A stretch of 63,275 bases of DNA, filler included, from Asterionella formosa (lineage: Eukaryota): NCBI GenBank assembly GCA_002256025.1. It is 9 parts of 9 records of this genome, joined end to end, with 100 filler letters (N's around TTAATTAATTAA, not from the genome) between each part and the next. Parts side by side here need not be neighbours in the genome. Positions count along the whole stretch, not along the records: positions 44,762 to 63,275 come from NKIB01004009.1; 8 more parts are not named here. One strand, given 5' to 3'. The notes beneath the pieces were generated by a model. That model saw only the letters and a program-made list of their open reading frames with translations, was not told where the DNA came from and made no database searches. The translations under genes were made by a program, and so were the position numbers. This document shows, piece after piece, positions 59,674 through 63,275 of the stretch. The number at the start of each line of letters is the position of its first letter. Position 1 is the first letter of the stretch.

Positions 59674-62460
59674 CTACACGCTCGTCACACACTCATTGCA
59701 ACACGAACACATCATGGGGCACTCGACCAAATATTGCGTTCCAATTGTAGGTCCACCCAAAGCTGTACTCAAACAAAACAACTCCGGTGCTGTACCAGTC
59801 AAGAGGTTGCCTTGAGTTCGAAAGTCATACAAAGCGTCCAAATTGTAATAATCCAATGGTATCGTGCCTTGGAATTGATTGTTCTCCAACCCAAGCACTG
59901 TCAAATTTATCGCAAGACCAAAAGTCGAAGGAAGCGTCCCCGTCAATCGATTGTTTCCAACACGAAGGACGCTCAGCTTCGTTTGATTTCGTAATTCCTC
60001 TGGAAGTGATCCTGTCAAGTTATTATGCTCCAGAATAAGTTCCTGAATGCCCATCGCCATGACCAATTCCGTAGGGATCGGTCCTACCAACTCATTGGAA
60101 CTCACATCAAAAAGCACAGAGCCCTCCAAGACGTATCCGATGAAGTTGAACAAATTGGAAAGTTCTGTTGGTATCGATCCACCAAGTAGATTGGATGCCA
60201 TGTTCAAATTGTAGAGTTTTGTCATTGTACCTAGTTCTGTGGGGATTGATCCCTGGATTTGATTTTTGGATAAATCAAGATATTTGAGGTTGGTCATTAA
60301 ACCGAGAATGGAAGAGAGAGTCCCTAGCAATTGAGTTTGGGACAAGTCCAAATATAATAGGTTGGTCATGATACCAAGAATAGTAGGGAGACTCCCAAGT
60401 AATTGATTATTTGACAAGGACAAGGTTTGCAAATTCGTCAGGGCGTCAAAAGGAACACTTCCAGTTAATAAATTGCTTCCCAATTTCAATTGTTTAAAAC
60501 CATTTATATTCCCAAACTCTGCCAGCACAGTCCCTGAAATTTGATTTCCATCCAAATATAAGGACTCCAGTGCAGACAGCTGTCCCAAAAATGTTGGTAA
60601 CGTTTTGCTCAAGATATTGTTAGATCCCGACACGATAGAAAGTGACGTTAATCCTTGTAAAAATTCCAAGCCACCAGTAAAACGATTGAAATCAAAGTTA
60701 AGTTTTTTCAATGATGGGGGTAGCCTGGAAGGAATCGAGCCCGTAAATTGATTCGAGTACAAAAGAAGGTTTGTTAATTGGGTCAATTGTCCCAGTTCTG
60801 ATGGAAGAGTTCCAGAGAATTTGTTATCGTTCACTACCAATACTTCAAGTTTAGTCAAGAATATCAATTCGTTCGGAAGCGTCCCCGTCAATTCATTTCC
60901 ATCCACAATAAAGTTGACCAACGTGGTAAGTTTACCAATTGTAGTTGGAATACTTCCTACCATCCTGCACCATTCTACTCGAATCGTTTCCAACACGGAT
61001 GCAGGGCCCTCGCCACTCAAAATACTTCCCAACGTACCAGTTAAGCTAGGAGACTTGAAAAGAGAGAGAAATGTCAATTGCGAGAGAAGCGACAATTCGT
61101 TCGGAAGTGTTCCAACAAAGTTATTGGGCGCTGCGAAGTTAAGACCTGTGACTGCGTCACTATCGACCGTTGAACAGCTGAGACCATTCCAGTGGCATTC
61201 AGATAACGTCTTATCTAGCCATCCACTATTATTGGACCAGCCGTTGCCGTTTGTAGCGTAATAAAAGGTTCCTAAAGCAAATTTTTGCAAGATCTGATCG
61301 TCCGTCAAAGTCTGACCTTCATTATACAATAGATCTGCAACCCACATGACTGCCTGATATTGATGGCTAGATTGGTCTTTCAATGATTCTTTTGATTGAG
61401 GAGTAGATCTTGTAATGTTGGTGGCCAGAGTGGATGCAAAAGCATCAAAAACGGAGGTAGGTGATGATGTGATGCTGGGTGCAGTTGATGGGGGTGGTGT
61501 TACAACGAGAGTAGATGGTGCGTTTCCAGTGTCCGTATCTGTTCTATTAACGGTGAGCATTACTATCACACCCACACACCCTCCTACAATAATGAGAACA
61601 AAAATGATAAGCGACCATCGCTTCCGCTTGTTGTTGTTGTTGGTGGTGGTGGTGCTTCGTGGTGATGATTCTTGCGCCTCGTCAGCAGCATTACGCTGAA
61701 CCGAAGCTTTTGATGAACTTATGGACAAAGAGTCTTTTATAAAGTTTCGCTCGTGTTCCTGGAAGGAAGCGTCATGTGGAGAATCCCAAACTGAACTAAA
61801 TGGACATGAAGGTTTCTTGTTGTTCTCTTGAACAGCAAGCCAATCGGTACCGGGTTGGCTATCCCTTTCCTCTAAATCATCATCCCTAGCGATAATGACT
61901 TTGGATTCCGTGAAGATAGGCTCGCGATTGCCATGAGGAGGCACGGTGTGTACTGACGAGTTGGAGCTCGAAGGGTACATTTTGTCAGAAAAAAGACTAG
62001 GGGCACTTTGATTCGTCCGAATATAGTCTGACAAGTGTGTGAAGGCTAGACTCCGACTCCTAGGCGACAACTTCGCCTGCGAGTTCACGAGCGCTAGGCT
62101 CTTCCTCTTGGTTGCTGACTGATCCCATGCCGTCGTTGGTGGCGACTGTGCCTTTTGCTCTGGGAGCGCCTCTTGTGACGACGGCGATGTGACCGCAGCT
62201 GGCTCCTCGTGTGGTACTATTTCCTCAGCACTCTTGGGAATTCTAGATCTTCTCGCTCTCCCTCGAGACTCGTTTGATATATTGTACATGCTGGGTAATT
62301 GATATCCAAATCTGTCCGAGGACTGCCGCTTCATTCCTTTCTTCGCGATCCCTTGGGTGGACAAATCGAAGGCTCCCTTCTTCTTGACGACTTTTGCCTT
62401 TACTTTCTTTTCTCGACTTGGGGATCGATTGAGGACATGCTCTTCTGTCTCATCTGACAT
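59674..62460 (-). CDS. Type II membrane LRR protein (928 aa, intronless)
   Basis: Long low-complexity N-terminus, KRKR plus TM helix, SHQYQAVMWV..QKFALGTFYYATNG, ECHWNGLSC cap, many LxxNxLxGxIP repeats, terminal CSCCNEC. Confidence 0.95.
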   Translation of the reverse strand: MSDETEEHVLNRSPSREKKVKAKVVKKKGAFDLSTQGIAKKGMKRQSSDRFGYQLPSMYNISNESRGRARRSRIPKSAEEIVPHEEPAAVTSPSSQEALPEQKAQSPPTTAWDQSATKRKSLALVNSQAKLSPRSRSLAFTHLSDYIRTNQSAPSLFSDKMYPSSSNSSVHTVPPHGNREPIFTESKVIIARDDDLEERDSQPGTDWLAVQENNKKPSCPFSSVWDSPHDASFQEHERNFIKDSLSISSSKASVQRNAADEAQESSPRSTTTTNNNNKRKRWSLIIFVLIIVGGCVGVIVMLTVNRTDTDTGNAPSTLVVTPPPSTAPSITSSPTSVFDAFASTLATNITRSTPQSKESLKDQSSHQYQAVMWVADLLYNEGQTLTDDQILQKFALGTFYYATNGNGWSNNSGWLDKTLSECHWNGLSCSTVDSDAVTGLNFAAPNNFVGTLPNELSLLSQLTFLSLFKSPSLTGTLGSILSGEGPASVLETIRVEWCRMVGSIPTTIGKLTTLVNFIVDGNELTGTLPNELIFLTKLEVLVVNDNKFSGTLPSELGQLTQLTNLLLYSNQFTGSIPSRLPPSLKKLNFDFNRFTGGLEFLQGLTSLSIVSGSNNILSKTLPTFLGQLSALESLYLDGNQISGTVLAEFGNINGFKQLKLGSNLLTGSVPFDALTNLQTLSLSNNQLLGSLPTILGIMTNLLYLDLSQTQLLGTLSSILGLMTNLKYLDLSKNQIQGSIPTELGTMTKLYNLNMASNLLGGSIPTELSNLFNFIGYVLEGSVLFDVSSNELVGPIPTELVMAMGIQELILEHNNLTGSLPEELRNQTKLSVLRVGNNRLTGTLPSTFGLAINLTVLGLENNQFQGTIPLDYYNLDALYDFRTQGNLLTGTAPELFCLSTALGGPTIGTQYLVECPMMCSCCNECVTSV

Positions 62461-62756
62461 GGTGCTGTAAATTCACTGCTGTAATGATGAATTGAACAAG
62501 GAGAGTTAGTTGAATCGATTTGTCGTCTGGTTTTGTCGAAAATTTGGAGGGACACACTTTTGGTCGTACATTAGTTTTCTAGGATGGTCGCTGCATGTGG
62601 TACATGTCGTACATAGGGAAGAAGAACCGGTACAAAGAAGACTGATGTGAAATGCAGGACCGGTATTACATTTATCCAGTATTTGAATTTTCTCGTATCC
62701 TGGTACCTGGTAAGTACCTGGTACCTAATAAATAATTAACAAACAACCGTGAGGAT

Positions 62757-63275
62757 TGTTAGTACTGCATACCAGTTACTTCAGTATACTCTACTAATAT
62801 CCACGTAAGTGCGCAGATCCCGGTATATCCGATACACAACAGAAATAGATAATCTAATTAAACCCTCAGTTACTTGTAATTACGTTGTCCTCAACCCGAT
62901 TGCACGAACTCGTCACCCATCTCTCCTCCACAGGTTATTGATCCCTCTTGATCCCTGGGAGAGCAATGCGATCCCCATCGCCGACCGACACCAATCTTGC
63001 CCCTCTCCCTGCCACATTTATTGGTGAAACCACGCCCTCATGGCCTACAGCGCCACCGCACCATCATGGGGGTACCGCCCATCCATATCCCGCCGCTATC
63101 TCTGCTGCACACGGGCGCCCTTCCGCTTCATCGGTCCCCACTGGGTATTCCCTTCCCTCGGCCCACGACTTCCCGGTTTACTTCTCTTCGTCGCCAGAAT
63201 TCATCGCATCCTCCTCCCATCGTTCTGCGCCTCCTCTGCGCCATTCAGCACCACATACCATGAGTCCCTATCCTT
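62757..63275 (+). mobile_element. Possible 5' end of another copia-type LTR element
   Basis: TGTTAG (62757)...CCACA (62932) followed by GGTTAT, then a Pro/Ser/His-rich frame from ATG 62966 open to the window end. Confidence 0.45.

Overview
Eukaryotic, almost certainly diatom, draft-assembly sequence (GT-AG introns, ASAFAP-type plastid presequence, diatom-type copia elements and LRR genes). It is not one locus: nine contigs (18516, 1156, 18514, 5 x 1155 and 18514 bp) are joined by artificial N44-TTAATTAATTAA-N44 linkers, so nothing can be inferred across a linker. Host genes: exocyst Sec8 (4 exons), two probably allelic Exo70 fragments, peroxisomal trans-2-enoyl-CoA reductase, RNase H2 subunit C, two type II membrane LRR proteins, a partial 2OG-Fe(II) dioxygenase, gene ends (GNAT, kinase, plastid-targeted protein), and a secreted protein that resembles bacterial PEP-CTERM cargo domains. 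Much of the rest is decayed mobile DNA: one Ty3/gypsy, three to four Ty1/copia elements, a Mutator-like transposase with a derived MITE, a Crypton-like tyrosine recombinase and a LINE remnant. Most notable: (1) a dispersed tRNA-derived SINE-like family with a shared head/core and two alternative 3' tails (5 pieces, two of them head-to-head); (2) a copia element whose primer-binding site is a perfect 12-nt complement of its own LTR (self-priming signature); (3) the tyrosine-recombinase element flanked on both sides by TGGTGCAA motif clusters; (4) several palindromic motif arrays. All family assignments come from motif recognition by eye; no database searches were run.
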